From NCBI RefSeq assembly GCF_013122565.1, contig NZ_CP053258.1: 64,000 nt of DNA; one strand, given 5' to 3'. Position 1 is the stretch's first letter, and each line of letters opens with the position of its first letter. Shown here one piece after another: positions 17,546 through 27,207 of the stretch. The notes below the pieces were generated by a model, which searched no databases, was not told where the DNA came from, and saw nothing but the letters and a program-made list of their open reading frames with translations. A program made the translations under genes and the position numbers. Source of the DNA: Escherichia coli (lineage in GTDB: Bacteria; Pseudomonadota; Gammaproteobacteria; Enterobacterales; Enterobacteriaceae).

Positions 17546-17639
17546 TATATAATAATCTTACTGATGTAAAACGTTTTTTTACGTTCATCAGCCTGAAATG
17601 CCTGGTATTATTAAGAGCACGAATTGTTAACCCGCGTAA

Positions 17640-20054
17640 TTAATACAGGTTCCGCCACTTATCATCTTCCTGCAAACGCTGGTTCCGATAGAAGATACGC
17701 AGGCCTGCTCCTGACGGAATACTGCCGCCGCGAAGGAGTAAATCGACCTCTTTCTCGCTGCCATCAAATCCTCTGGACTTCAGTTCATAGACGAGCTGCT
17801 GTCGCTGATGGTCTGTAATTCGCTGTTTGTAGTCTTTACGCCGTTTCGGTTTCACCAGGCGTAACCTTGCAGCCAGTTCCCGGCGCTCTTTTTTGCTCAT
17901 ACTGTGCAGGTATTCGTGCAACTCCTTGTCATCCATGCGGGTAATGTCCGTTCTGGTATCCCCATCAGCTGATTTGTCTTTCCCTTGTTGGTTCAAATTT
18001 TCAGCAAGGGGACAGTTATTGCCACGAGTCCAAGGGGCGCAAGCGCCCTGGTCGGCTACCGCCTCCTGAACGTCAACGGCTTTACGAACCATTTTCCACT
18101 TCACTGCATGAGTGCAGATCTTGCCCTCTGCAATGGGTGACCAGATGCCATAAATACGAATGCCGTGATCGCCATAGGCGGTCGGCTCTTCGTTAATTTC
18201 ATAAGCAGTTCTGATGAGGTGATATTTGCGGGGAACCAGTACGCCGCCCTGCTTCATGATGTAAGTGGCAAAACAACCAGCATCAGCAGCAGCCAGGATT
18301 GCATCAAGGCGCGGGTTATCCAGTACCGGCGCACCTGCTTTTTTGTCCCCCTGTTGCCTTGCCGCCTGACCAGCCAACAATCGCAGTTCACGGTAAGCCT
18401 GACGCCCCGGAATGCCAAAGAAGCGGAATTGCTGAACACGATGCAAAGACGCCCAGGCATTCACGTATTCAGCGTTATCACGCAGAGATTTACCCGTTTC
18501 CTTGCTGATCTCGCCAGCCAGACCACGCCCGTCAATGTTCTTACTGATGTATTTCGCGATGTAGCTTGTTGGCGTACCTTTGCGCGGGTTTATCAGCTCA
18601 GACTTAAAGCGTGGTCCCGTGTTATTACCCAGCTCCTCGCGGTCTTCACGAATGGCAAACTTACGCAACAAAGCAGTAATGGCTCGGCGATCTTTTTTGC
18701 GCATAAAACACAACAGGTGCCAGTGCACTGTACCGTCATGATGCGGCTCAGCCACCCGCACGCCATACCAGCGCAATCCGGCTTTGTGCATCGCTTTACG
18801 AAATGCAGCAAACATGCCGACCAGATAATCACTGCTTTGTCTTACCGTCGCGTTTGTCCAGGTCGGGTTTGGTCTGCCGTTATTTAGCGTGGAATGGAAA
18901 CGTGACGGACAGGTGATGGTGTAGAAAACGGCGCAGTCACCGCGCATTTCCGCGATAAGCTCCAGACCTTTAACACAGGCCATCATCTCATTGCGGCGAT
19001 GCGCAGGGTTGCTGCTGCTGGCGTTTACCACGTCTTCCATATCCAGCGTGTCGCCGTCTTCGTTCACCAGTTCATGAGAACGAAAAAACTCCAGCGACTT
19101 ACGGCGCTGCTCACGTTTATGCATCACGGCTTCATAGCTGACATAGGGAGATGCTTTTTTGCTGACCAGGCAGACAGCGCGCAACTGCTCTTCCCGCCAT
19201 TCGCAACGCATCTTCCATAATTTCCGATACCACCAGTCGGCGCACAACATACGCGCCAGCGAACCCGGAATGAGTTCATAGGGCACGGGTTTACGGCGGT
19301 TTCTTTTCCGGCGGAGTTGCTCAAACGCAGGTGGGATGACATCCAGTCGCAGGGTTTCTGCTGCCACCCTTTCCCATGTCTTGCGGATTTCTTCTGGCTT
19401 AACGTCATCGGTGGCATACAAATCGCCACAAGCTGCATCAAGGCACATGCTCATATGCGCAGCTACCAGGGTGGACAGGCGTTTCACCTGATCCTGACTC
19501 ATTTCAGGCAGGATCAGCAGGCCGTCCAGCCCTTCCTGGCTCGCCATAAAGCGAAAAGCAGTGGATAGCTGACTGTCGCGTACATGCTCCAGCCGTTCCA
19601 GACATGGCTTAATCGTCTCACGCAAATAGCGGGAATAAGCCTTTGGCCTGCCCAGGCTGCTGAAGTATTCAATACGTTGCATCAGCGGCTTGCTGATATG
19701 GGAAGGCTGGGCGTTAACGTCCGCCAGAATGACCATGTCTGGATTAAAACGCTGCTGCTCATGCGCCAGCTTTGCCCGGCTAATGAGCTTATCCTGCTCT
19801 ATTTCGCGTTGGACAGGATCACGGGATTCATTAAAGAAATAACGCTCCCAGACCTGATCACTCAGAGCCTCGCGGCGCAGTTGTTCCTGCTCGTTATCGG
19901 CAGCGTACAGAGTGATCAGGTTTGAAAGCGCAGAAACCGGCGCAACTTCCGCCGGGTCCAGATAAGGGTTAATGGCCTTTTTCGGGCTGTTCCATGAGAA
20001 TGCTGCGGCGACCTCGTTAAAGCCGCTGCAGTTGTTCATATCATCATGGCTCAT
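17640..20054 (-). CDS. Replication initiation protein (P2 gpA-like rolling-circle nickase)
   Basis: 804 aa; position downstream of early genes; stop/start overlap with the methylase gene. Confidence 0.9.
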   Translation of the reverse strand: MSHDDMNNCSGFNEVAAAFSWNSPKKAINPYLDPAEVAPVSALSNLITLYAADNEQEQLRREALSDQVWERYFFNESRDPVQREIEQDKLISRAKLAHEQQRFNPDMVILADVNAQPSHISKPLMQRIEYFSSLGRPKAYSRYLRETIKPCLERLEHVRDSQLSTAFRFMASQEGLDGLLILPEMSQDQVKRLSTLVAAHMSMCLDAACGDLYATDDVKPEEIRKTWERVAAETLRLDVIPPAFEQLRRKRNRRKPVPYELIPGSLARMLCADWWYRKLWKMRCEWREEQLRAVCLVSKKASPYVSYEAVMHKREQRRKSLEFFRSHELVNEDGDTLDMEDVVNASSSNPAHRRNEMMACVKGLELIAEMRGDCAVFYTITCPSRFHSTLNNGRPNPTWTNATVRQSSDYLVGMFAAFRKAMHKAGLRWYGVRVAEPHHDGTVHWHLLCFMRKKDRRAITALLRKFAIREDREELGNNTGPRFKSELINPRKGTPTSYIAKYISKNIDGRGLAGEISKETGKSLRDNAEYVNAWASLHRVQQFRFFGIPGRQAYRELRLLAGQAARQQGDKKAGAPVLDNPRLDAILAAADAGCFATYIMKQGGVLVPRKYHLIRTAYEINEEPTAYGDHGIRIYGIWSPIAEGKICTHAVKWKMVRKAVDVQEAVADQGACAPWTRGNNCPLAENLNQQGKDKSADGDTRTDITRMDDKELHEYLHSMSKKERRELAARLRLVKPKRRKDYKQRITDHQRQQLVYELKSRGFDGSEKEVDLLLRGGSIPSGAGLRIFYRNQRLQEDDKWRNLY

Positions 20055-20908
20055 GCACGCACTCCGTACATGGCAGAACTATCCACGCCACGCGAAGGAT
20101 CAAATCCCACCCAGCAGCGCGCCCCGGAAACAGCAATGATTTCTGTTGCAGATTTACTCTCGCCAGCCGACACGCCGATGCTGCGTTTTGCCTTGATGTA
20201 GTGGTGAGTGAAATTGCGATACAGCGAACGAATCAGGGATGTGTCACTGTTAGAAACAATGACCGGATGTCCTTCAGATGCTCGATGTTCAAGAACGGAT
20301 GCCAGGTGATACTGGTCATCTTCAGTGAAACCATCAGTGTGATAGCCGGAAAACGTACCGTCATACGGCGGATCGCAATACACCACATCCCCCGCCTTCA
20401 ACATCGCCAGCGTTTCATCAAAGCTGGCGCAGATAAACGTTGCCCGCTGGGCTTTTTCTGCAAATGCGCGAATTTCTTTTTCAGGGAAATACGGATTTTT
20501 ATAATTACCGTAGGGAATGTTGAAATGCCCGCTCTTGTTATAGCGACATAAACCACGGTAACCGTGACGATTGAGATACAGGAAATATACCGCTTTCATG
20601 AAATCAGTAATTTCAGTGGAGTAATTAAACTCCTGCCTTATGTTGTAATAAGCCACCTCCCTGTTTGCGATCTCAAATAAAACTCTGGCGCGAGATATAA
20701 ACGATTCACAATCAGCGGCAACCTTTTTATAGAGGTTGATTAAATCAAGATTAATATCCGCAACCAGATAGCTTGGATAATCCGTCTCCATCATCACAGC
20801 ACAGGAACCCGCGAAAGGTTCAACCAGTCGCGGGCCAGCAGGAAGGTGTTTTTTCAGTTCGGACATAATTGCGGTTTTATTTCCCGCCCATTTCAGGATG
20901 GTGCTCAT
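20051..20908 (-). CDS. DNA adenine methyltransferase (Dam family, orphan)
   Basis: Start trimmed to [11 protein letters not shown]; motif I-like FAGSCAV and motif IV DPPY (VYCDPPYDG). Confidence 0.85.
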   Translation of the reverse strand: MSTILKWAGNKTAIMSELKKHLPAGPRLVEPFAGSCAVMMETDYPSYLVADINLDLINLYKKVAADCESFISRARVLFEIANREVAYYNIRQEFNYSTEITDFMKAVYFLYLNRHGYRGLCRYNKSGHFNIPYGNYKNPYFPEKEIRAFAEKAQRATFICASFDETLAMLKAGDVVYCDPPYDGTFSGYHTDGFTEDDQYHLASVLEHRASEGHPVIVSNSDTSLIRSLYRNFTHHYIKAKRSIGVSAGESKSATEIIAVSGARCWVGFDPSRGVDSSAMYGVRA

Positions 20909-21132
20909 ACAGCACCTCCGTTGTAATGTTTGCCTTTCAGCTCTGCGATTTCCTGACAGGTAATGCAAAGCTGCACTCCCGGAATGGCGCGGCGTCGTGC
21001 TGGCGGAATTGGCGCTTCACATTCAATGCAAAGTACGCGTGACACGCCCGGTGATTTGGCACGGGCTGCACGGATATGGCGCTGGCGTTCTTCTTCAACG
21101 CGCTGCTGTACGAGATCCATTGCATCAGCCAT
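20905..21132 (-). CDS. DksA/TraR-family C4 zinc-finger protein
   Basis: 75 aa; CIECEAPIPPARRRAIPGVQLCITCQ (CxxC-N17-CxxC). Confidence 0.75.
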   Translation of the reverse strand: MADAMDLVQQRVEEERQRHIRAARAKSPGVSRVLCIECEAPIPPARRRAIPGVQLCITCQEIAELKGKHYNGGAV

Positions 21133-21371
21133 TAGTGGATCTCCTGCGCTTCGTTCTGGATTGCTTCAGCAGTGACACGCAGCAGTTCTGCCGCTTCGAC
21201 GTGGTTTAGCTGGCGGGATGTGATATGACACGCCAGGCTATCAAGGCGAGCTGCCATTGCTTCAGCCCTTGCCCGGCGCTCTTCCAGACGAGCCTCTGTC
21301 AGTAAAATATTAAGCCCTGCGTCATCCGGTCCGGTTTTAGTCGTGAGGGTTTCAATATTACGCATAATCAA
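21132..21371 (-). CDS. Hypothetical phage early protein
   Basis: 79 aa ORF in early operon, start/stop overlap with the downstream gene. Confidence 0.5.
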   Translation of the reverse strand: MIMRNIETLTTKTGPDDAGLNILLTEARLEERRARAEAMAARLDSLACHITSRQLNHVEAAELLRVTAEAIQNEAQEIH

Positions 21372-21432
21372 TTCTCCTGAATTTAGATAAAGGAATGCCC
21401 GGCGGGTTTACGCCATGAATTTCATTAGTTGG

Positions 21433-21774
21433 TTAATTCGGCATGGTTAGCCGTCTGGGAAATAAGCTCACCACTGCACGAAAATGATTCATTGCTTTAA
21501 TCAGCTCCCGCTTTTCGTCAGTGGTCAGCTCATTAATGCTGATGCTATGACGTTCAGCTGGAATTTTTGCCATAAAGAATATAGCAGCTAGTGCCCGTTT
21601 ATTTTGTTCATTATTGATATCCCGTGGATCACGCATATCTTTAATAAACCGCTCAAGCTCTGACTCAATATTCAGGCCAAAAACTTTCGCCCTTAATTCC
21701 GCTATGTGATTAAGTCCATTCAGGCGTTCACCGGGGCTTAATGGAACAGTCGCCGCAGCGCCATTAATTGCCAT
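21433..21774 (-). CDS. Hypothetical phage early protein
   Basis: 113 aa ORF in early operon. Confidence 0.5.
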   Translation of the reverse strand: MAINGAAATVPLSPGERLNGLNHIAELRAKVFGLNIESELERFIKDMRDPRDINNEQNKRALAAIFFMAKIPAERHSISINELTTDEKRELIKAMNHFRAVVSLFPRRLTMPN

Positions 21775-21796
21775 AATTCATATCCCCAAAACGCAA

Positions 21797-22021
21797 CTAT
21801 CGTTCTTTGTTCTTACGGTAACGTTCAAGAGGAGATACATTTTTTCGTATCGTCTCTTTAACCTGCTCTCCCCGTAAAAACGTCCCATCCTTTAACGCGA
21901 AAAAGTAACTGCCATCGCCCGACAATGACGGATAGCAACAGAGCAAATCATCTTCAGGTACTGAATAACTCTCCCCTCTGTAACGAAACTGATAAACCAC
22001 TTCACTTTCTGCCGCATACAT
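21797..22021 (-). CDS. Hypothetical phage early protein (overlaps next ORF in another frame; one of the two may be spurious)
   Basis: 74 aa ORF. Confidence 0.3.
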   Translation of the reverse strand: MYAAESEVVYQFRYRGESYSVPEDDLLCCYPSLSGDGSYFFALKDGTFLRGEQVKETIRKNVSPLERYRKNKER

Positions 22022-22188
22022 TTGGACTTTCTCCGTTTCCTCATGGTCAATTCAGACAGCAATTCATCTTGTGAATGACATGGATGCCAGCGTTTTCCAT
22101 CCTCACCCGTGATCCAGCCGTGACCGTAGTGCATTGCCGGGCTTTGTTTTACCAGCAGCGATGCAAATGATGGTTCTTTCGTCAGCAT
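21892..22188 (-). CDS. Hypothetical phage early protein (fil/dhr position of phage 186)
   Basis: ORF trimmed to MLTKEPSF start; immediately downstream of cII-like gene. Confidence 0.4.
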   Translation of the reverse strand: MLTKEPSFASLLVKQSPAMHYGHGWITGEDGKRWHPCHSQDELLSELTMRKRRKSKCMRQKVKWFISFVTEGRVIQYLKMICSVAIRHCRAMAVTFSR

Positions 22189-22195
22189 AAGCACC

Positions 22196-22705
22196 TCACA
22201 GCAAACCGAATGAAGCACCGAGGCCAGTCACGGTATCAACTGCACTCGCCATCGCAGGGTTAGCCTGTAAACGGGCCTGCAATGAAACAGCAGCCAACGC
22301 CATCAGTCGTGTTACAGAGTTAATGCTGCTGATAGCATCACGACGACCTGCACTGGTTTTTACATCGCCAGATACCGCACCTGCAGCAACACGCCCGATC
22401 TCTGCGGTTGCACTCATGACGTAATGTGGCAGTTTCTCTTTTGCCACCTCATTAATCGGTACGCATGGCAGGCAGTGAATCTGAGCCAGAAAACCATCTA
22501 CCAGCGTTGAATCTTCAGTCAGATCGGTAAGCAGCCAGATTTCTGGTGCGGTTAATAAATGAGGTTGAGCCGGGTTCAGCTTGTTCCGCAGAATCTGCAC
22601 ATTCATGCCAGCACGTTCTGCCAGTTGCACCAGGTTGTGGCGCAGCGCGAATGCACGACAGGCTTCATCAAAATGTGGATGTTTGGAAACTTGGTAATCA
22701 AACAT
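22196..22705 (-). CDS. cII: CII-like transcriptional activator (phage 186 CII family)
   Basis: Start trimmed to [24 protein letters not shown]...; resembles 186 CII as recalled. Confidence 0.7.
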   Translation of the reverse strand: MFDYQVSKHPHFDEACRAFALRHNLVQLAERAGMNVQILRNKLNPAQPHLLTAPEIWLLTDLTEDSTLVDGFLAQIHCLPCVPINEVAKEKLPHYVMSATAEIGRVAAGAVSGDVKTSAGRRDAISSINSVTRLMALAAVSLQARLQANPAMASAVDTVTGLGASFGLL

Positions 22706-22737
22706 GGTCGACACCTCTGATGTATCCCAAAATGGAA

Positions 22738-22959
22738 CTAGTTGAATACAACATTGCAATCAGTAAGTGCATCAACGGTAAGAGCAGCAAGGTTGATCAT
22801 TACTTTTTCTCTTTTCTTGTCTTTACGAAGACGATGCCGAGGAATGCGACCATCCGCCAACATATCGTTGATTGTGTCGATTGAAAGACCAGTAAGTTCG
22901 CTATAACGCTCGATTGTGACGTGTGGCGTATTCAGAGTTATTGAAATGTTAGGGGTCAT
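22738..22959 (-). CDS. apl: Apl/Cox-like excisionase and lytic-switch regulator (HTH)
   Basis: Start trimmed to [33 protein letters not shown]...; divergent from cI-like gene. Confidence 0.6.
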   Translation of the reverse strand: MTPNISITLNTPHVTIERYSELTGLSIDTINDMLADGRIPRHRLRKDKKREKVMINLAALTVDALTDCNVVFN

Positions 22960-23008
22960 GATGCAACATCTCCTATTGGCTTGTGGTGAGCCTGTAGTAA
23001 TCGCGACA

Positions 23009-23024
23009 AGTACCCAATTGGGTA
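23009..23024. promoter_or_regulatory. Perfect 16-bp palindrome in the apl/cI switch region (operator candidate)
   Basis: gtacccaattgggtac; a related half-site agtacccaag recurs at about 23079-23088. Confidence 0.4.
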
Positions 23025-23054
23025 CAAAACTGATACTAGGATCGCAAAAGAGAT

Positions 23055-23651
23055 ATGTCAACATCAAAGTACCCAAGTGAGATCAAAATAAATCCCAATA
23101 AAGGTGGTAAGGCTGCGATTGAGCGATTAGTCGAAGCCTATGGCTTTACGACACGACAGGCTTTAGCTGATCACTTGGAAGTATCAAAAAGCACACTAGC
23201 GAACAGGTATTTGCGGGATACATTTCCTGCTGACTGGATAATCCAATGTGCTCTTGAAACAGGAACCTCCCTCAAATGGTTAACTACCGGACAAGGCCTT
23301 AAGCAAAGCTCGCTGACAGCAGCTACAGAAGAGCTTGTTAAGTTTCGCCTTGCCGCAGGCAAAATGATTGAAGACGGTTCATATGTCTTCGATTCATCAT
23401 TTCTTCCTGCAAACCTTTCATCACCAATTGTTATTCAGGATGGACTCGTCACATACATTTGTGATCAAAAATTTTCTGAAGTACTTGATGGAAACTGGTT
23501 AATCAATATCGACGGAACCTATTCCATTCGAAAAATCACAAGGCTTCCTAAAGGAATGATTAAAATTACAACAGCAGAGAATAGCTTTGAATGTGCATTT
23601 TCTGATATTGAAGTGGTTGCTTGTATAAGAAGTACAATAGTCTCGAATTAA
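23055..23651 (+). CDS. cI: CI-like immunity repressor (186 CI type)
   Basis: 198 aa; position between switch region and int; N-terminal HTH-like segment. Confidence 0.7.
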   Translation: MSTSKYPSEIKINPNKGGKAAIERLVEAYGFTTRQALADHLEVSKSTLANRYLRDTFPADWIIQCALETGTSLKWLTTGQGLKQSSLTAATEELVKFRLAAGKMIEDGSYVFDSSFLPANLSSPIVIQDGLVTYICDQKFSEVLDGNWLINIDGTYSIRKITRLPKGMIKITTAENSFECAFSDIEVVACIRSTIVSN

Positions 23652-23671
23652 TATAGTAAAAGGATTTTAAA

Positions 23672-25348
23672 ATGAATTCATTTGCCATCGTTATACTCTT
23701 ATTAGCATTTCTCGCCCCTGTTCTAGCTGTAATATTATTTAAACAAAGTAAAAAACACAAAGCGGCTATAGATAACCTGACAGCTAACAACATAGCCCTT
23801 TCTAACCAACTGATTGAAAATCAAGAAAAACTAGCACAGACCGTACGAGAATTATCAGATCTTGAAGGGCGAGCAGCACCATTGTGGCAATACGAAGAAT
23901 TGCACAGCGCAGTAATGGATGCAGAGAATAAGATAAAAAATGCGGACTCAATAGCCAAGCAAAAAATAGATGAAGCCCAAATTAAGGCGGCTAAAACAGT
24001 AAACGAAGCAAATTATCAAGCTCAGATAACAATAAGCAACGCTAATAGCGAAGCTATAGCAATCACCAAAGACGCTCGCGATGCACGCCTGAAAGCCAAA
24101 GAACGTCTTGATAATGCTAATAATAAAGCAAATGAGCTAATCTCAAATGCTAATGACAATGCAGTAAAAATTATTTCTGATGCAGAAGAAAGAGCAAAGG
24201 AGATTGCTGGTTCAGCATATGAAGCTAAAGAGTTTGCAGAAAAATATGAAGCAGTTGCAAAATCAATGAAAAATAAAATTGAAGGTTATGGTGATGAATG
24301 GATCATCCCTAACCGTAGTGTACTTGATGAGCTGGCAGAAAATTATGAATTTACAGATGCAGGCAAGGAATTACAAAAAGCCAGAGAGTTAACCAAATCA
24401 TTAATAAAAACTAATAAAGCTGCTTCGTGTGATTATGTTGAGCAAAACAGGCGTAATACTGCCATAAACTTTGTTTTGGATGCCTTCAATGGAAGAGTTG
24501 ACAGTATTTTATCAAAAGTCAAACACAACAATTTTGGAAAACTTTCCCAAGAAATAAAAGATGCATTTCAACTAGTAAATTACAATGGCTCTGCCTTTAG
24601 GTCCGCAAAAATAAGTGACATCTATCTTCAGGCAAGACTCAACGAGCTAAAATGGGGTGTAGCAGTTAATGAAATTATGCTCGAAGAAAAAGAAGAGCAA
24701 AGAAGGATTAAAGAACAGCTTCGTGAAGAGGAAAGAGCTCGTAGAGAATATGAAAAAGCGATAAAAGAAGCTGAAAAAGAAGAAAAAGCTATTCAGCAAG
24801 CTATAAATAAAGCAACGAAAGAACTTATGCTTGCAAATGAAGAACAACGCTTAGCTTTAGAGCAAAAAATAGCTGAACTACAGTTAAAATATGAAGAAGC
24901 TGAAGCTAAAAATCAACGAGCTATTTCTATGGCTCAACAAACCAGATCAGGCCACGTCTATATCATTAGTAATATTGGTTCATTTGGCGAAGATGTATAT
25001 AAAATTGGAATGACACGCCGCCTTGAACCACTTGATCGTGTTCGTGAACTCGGAGATGCTAGTGTTCCTTTTTCGTTCGATGTTCATGCGATGATTTATA
25101 GTGATGATGCACCATCATTAGAAAACCATCTGCATAAAGTTTTCAACGAAAAGCAGGTCAATAAAATTAACTCACGAAAAGAGTTTTTTAACGTAAATTT
25201 AAAAGAAATCAAATCAGTTATTGAAGACATGAACATCAACGCCCACTGGACAATGTTTGCAGAGGCGAAAGAATATAGAGAGTCTCTAGCTATTGAGCAG
25301 GAGCGCAAAGCAGCCACTTCCGCCAACGATGAACTACATGTTGCTTAG
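23672..25348 (+). CDS. AT-rich cargo gene: membrane-anchored coiled-coil protein with C-terminal T5orf172 (GIY-YIG-like) domain; DUF4041-type architecture; defense candidate
   Basis: 558 aa; N-terminal TM helix, long K/E/A-rich coiled coils, C-terminal GHVYIISNIGSFGEDVYKIGMTRRLEPLDRVRELGDASVPFSFDV; co-directional with cI and int. Confidence 0.85.
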   Translation: MNSFAIVILLLAFLAPVLAVILFKQSKKHKAAIDNLTANNIALSNQLIENQEKLAQTVRELSDLEGRAAPLWQYEELHSAVMDAENKIKNADSIAKQKIDEAQIKAAKTVNEANYQAQITISNANSEAIAITKDARDARLKAKERLDNANNKANELISNANDNAVKIISDAEERAKEIAGSAYEAKEFAEKYEAVAKSMKNKIEGYGDEWIIPNRSVLDELAENYEFTDAGKELQKARELTKSLIKTNKAASCDYVEQNRRNTAINFVLDAFNGRVDSILSKVKHNNFGKLSQEIKDAFQLVNYNGSAFRSAKISDIYLQARLNELKWGVAVNEIMLEEKEEQRRIKEQLREEERARREYEKAIKEAEKEEKAIQQAINKATKELMLANEEQRLALEQKIAELQLKYEEAEAKNQRAISMAQQTRSGHVYIISNIGSFGEDVYKIGMTRRLEPLDRVRELGDASVPFSFDVHAMIYSDDAPSLENHLHKVFNEKQVNKINSRKEFFNVNLKEIKSVIEDMNINAHWTMFAEAKEYRESLAIEQERKAATSANDELHVA

Positions 25349-25406
25349 CAATGTATGTTTCATAGTAATCACACATTGATTACTGGTTACATATACAGTT
25401 AAATTT

Positions 25407-25430
25407 AGCCCTCTGATATGAGGGCTTTTT
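25407..25430 (+). terminator. Rho-independent terminator after the cargo gene, abutting the int start codon
   Basis: agccctc-tgatatg-gagggct followed by TTTTT; a second hairpin agtaatca/tgattact at 25364-25384. Confidence 0.6.
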
Positions 25431-26486
25431 ATGGCAGTACGAAAACTAACCACAGGGAAATGGCTTTGCGAATGTTACCCCGCCGGACGTAGCGGACGCC
25501 GTGTGCGTAAACAATTCGCCACCAAAGGCGAAGCACTGGCCTTCGAGCGATACACCATGGGGGAAATAGAAGCAAAGCCCTGGCTGGGCGAATCAGTGGA
25601 TCGTCGGACACTGAAAGATATGGTTGAGCTATGGTTCAAATTACATGGCAAATCTCTTACTGCCGGACAGCATGTCTACAACAAGCTGCTGTTGATGGTT
25701 GACGCCTTGGGAAATCCCCTTGCAACTGATCTCACCTCAAAAATGTTTGCTCACTATCGCGATAAACGCCTTACTGGTGAAATCTACTTCAGTGAAAAAT
25801 GGAAGAAAGGAGCAAGCCCAGTTACTGTTAACCTGGAGCAAAGCCATCTAAGCAGCGTTTTCAGAGAACTTTCCCGCCTGGGTGAATGGACACTTCCAAA
25901 CCCATTAGAGAAGATGCGCAAATTCACTATCGCAGAAAAGGAAATGGCATGGCTTACACATGAGCAGATTATCGAATTACTGTCTGACTGCAAACGTCAG
26001 AACCCAATTCTGGCACTGGTGGTAAAAATATGTCTAAGTACAGGCGCACGTTGGCGAGAAGCAATCAATCTTACCCGCTCACAGGTCACCAAGTACCGAA
26101 TCACCTTTGTGAGAACGAAGGGGAAGAAAAACAGAAGCATCCCTATCAGTAAAGAGCTTTATGAAGAGATCATGGCGCTCGATGGGTTCAATTTCTTCAC
26201 AGACTGCTATTTTCAATTTTTATCCGTGATGGAAAAAACGTCTATCGTTCTCCCTCGCGGTCAACTGACACACGTTCTGCGCCATACGTTTGCGGCGCAC
26301 TTCATGATGTCGGGTGGAAACATCTTGGCCTTACAAAAAATTCTCGGACACCACGATATAAAAATGACTATGCGTTATGCGCATCTGGCACCGGATCATT
26401 TGGAAACGGCGCTCCGTTTCAATCCACTGGCAACGTTACCAAATGGCGACAAAGTGGCGGCAGCGGTTGGCATTACCCCGCAATAA
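25431..26486 (+). CDS. int: Tyrosine site-specific integrase (P2/186-like)
   Basis: 351 aa; C-terminal catalytic region ...LRHTFAAHFMMSGGNILALQKILGHHDIKMTMRYAHL (R, H-x-x-R, Y). Confidence 0.9.
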   Translation: MAVRKLTTGKWLCECYPAGRSGRRVRKQFATKGEALAFERYTMGEIEAKPWLGESVDRRTLKDMVELWFKLHGKSLTAGQHVYNKLLLMVDALGNPLATDLTSKMFAHYRDKRLTGEIYFSEKWKKGASPVTVNLEQSHLSSVFRELSRLGEWTLPNPLEKMRKFTIAEKEMAWLTHEQIIELLSDCKRQNPILALVVKICLSTGARWREAINLTRSQVTKYRITFVRTKGKKNRSIPISKELYEEIMALDGFNFFTDCYFQFLSVMEKTSIVLPRGQLTHVLRHTFAAHFMMSGGNILALQKILGHHDIKMTMRYAHLAPDHLETALRFNPLATLPNGDKVAAAVGITPQ

Positions 26487-26542
26487 CCACCACTGACCAC
26501 CACATTAAGTTATTGTTTTTTATCTAACTTATTGTTTTTATT

Positions 26543-26570
26543 AACCCATTTAGATAAGTGGGTTTTTTGT
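26543..26570 (+). terminator. Hairpin plus T-tract in the prophage-host junction (terminator; att region candidate)
   Basis: aaccca-tttagataag-tgggtt followed by TTTTTT; preceded by imperfect direct repeats ttattgttttt. Confidence 0.5.
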
Positions 26571-26587
26571 TGCCTAAAATTTATCTA

Positions 26588-27124
26588 CTACCCTGCAACC
26601 CTCTCAACCATCCTCAAAATCTCCTCGCGCGATAGCGGCTTACGGTCGGTGACAAAATGCAGCGTCATCCCCTCAATAAACGCATCAAGCGCGCGGGCGG
26701 TTCCGGGTTCAAACCATTGTTCGAGCGTTTGCTGACTGCGCTGCATCCAGTTTTGCATTACCGTTTTTAATAGCGGTTTTCGGCTAGCCAGCGCGTAGAG
26801 CTGGTACATCAGCTCCATGTTATCCGGCGTTGCCACCTGTGAGCTGTAGATCATATCGGTGATAGCCTGGCATGCGCCTTGAGCATCACGAACATCGCTA
26901 AAAAATGCCTGATATTGCCGGGACATGATCTCAGTAAAACTGCTGAACGCCTCCAGCAACAACTCATCAATTCCTGAAAAATAGTAGGTCATCGATCCCA
27001 ACGGTACCCCGGCAAGGGTAGCAATTTTGCGGTGCGTAACAGCATGTATTCCGTAAAGTTTCACCGCCTCCAGCGTGGCCTGGATAATTTTTTCTCGCCG
27101 TTGCGGATCGTTAGCGCGACGCAT
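26588..27124 (-). CDS. rcdA: TetR-family transcriptional regulator RcdA (YbjK)
   Basis: Trimmed to [21 protein letters not shown]... (178 aa); synteny with ybjJ. Confidence 0.9.
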   Translation of the reverse strand: MRRANDPQRREKIIQATLEAVKLYGIHAVTHRKIATLAGVPLGSMTYYFSGIDELLLEAFSSFTEIMSRQYQAFFSDVRDAQGACQAITDMIYSSQVATPDNMELMYQLYALASRKPLLKTVMQNWMQRSQQTLEQWFEPGTARALDAFIEGMTLHFVTDRKPLSREEILRMVERVAG

Positions 27125-27207
27125 GTCATTTCCTCTCTCTGCAATTGTGTACAAATGTACACAACCTTGCTAATGTTGTCTTCCCTCTTCTTATTTTGAC
27201 GTGATCT

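Larger units (their letters stand above)
1..26590. mobile_element. P2/186-family prophage, right-hand portion (left end lies beyond window start); integrated next to rcdA
   Basis: Contiguous P2-like structural, lysis, capsid, terminase/portal, replication, immunity and integrase genes in P2 gene order; integrase stop at 26486 followed by host gene rcdA; several AT-rich cargo genes. Confidence 0.9.

Noticed and set aside
18165-18887. 240-aa plus-strand ORF inside replication gene A
   Set aside because: Entirely antisense to a well-supported 804-aa gene; no RBS or coding-like composition.
21797-22218. Two early-operon ORFs overlapping by about 130 bp in different frames
   Set aside because: Not rejected outright, but both cannot be fully coding as drawn; kept at low confidence because the true starts cannot be resolved by eye.
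24647-24847. 66-aa Phe-rich minus-strand ORF
   Set aside because: Reverse-strand artifact of the Lys/Glu-rich coiled-coil codons of the T5orf172 protein gene.
26487-26590. tRNA or intact rybB sRNA gene at the integration junction
   Set aside because: No cloverleaf-compatible sequence; only a loose resemblance (hairpin plus U-tract) to the rybB terminator as I recall it, so not annotated as an RNA gene.
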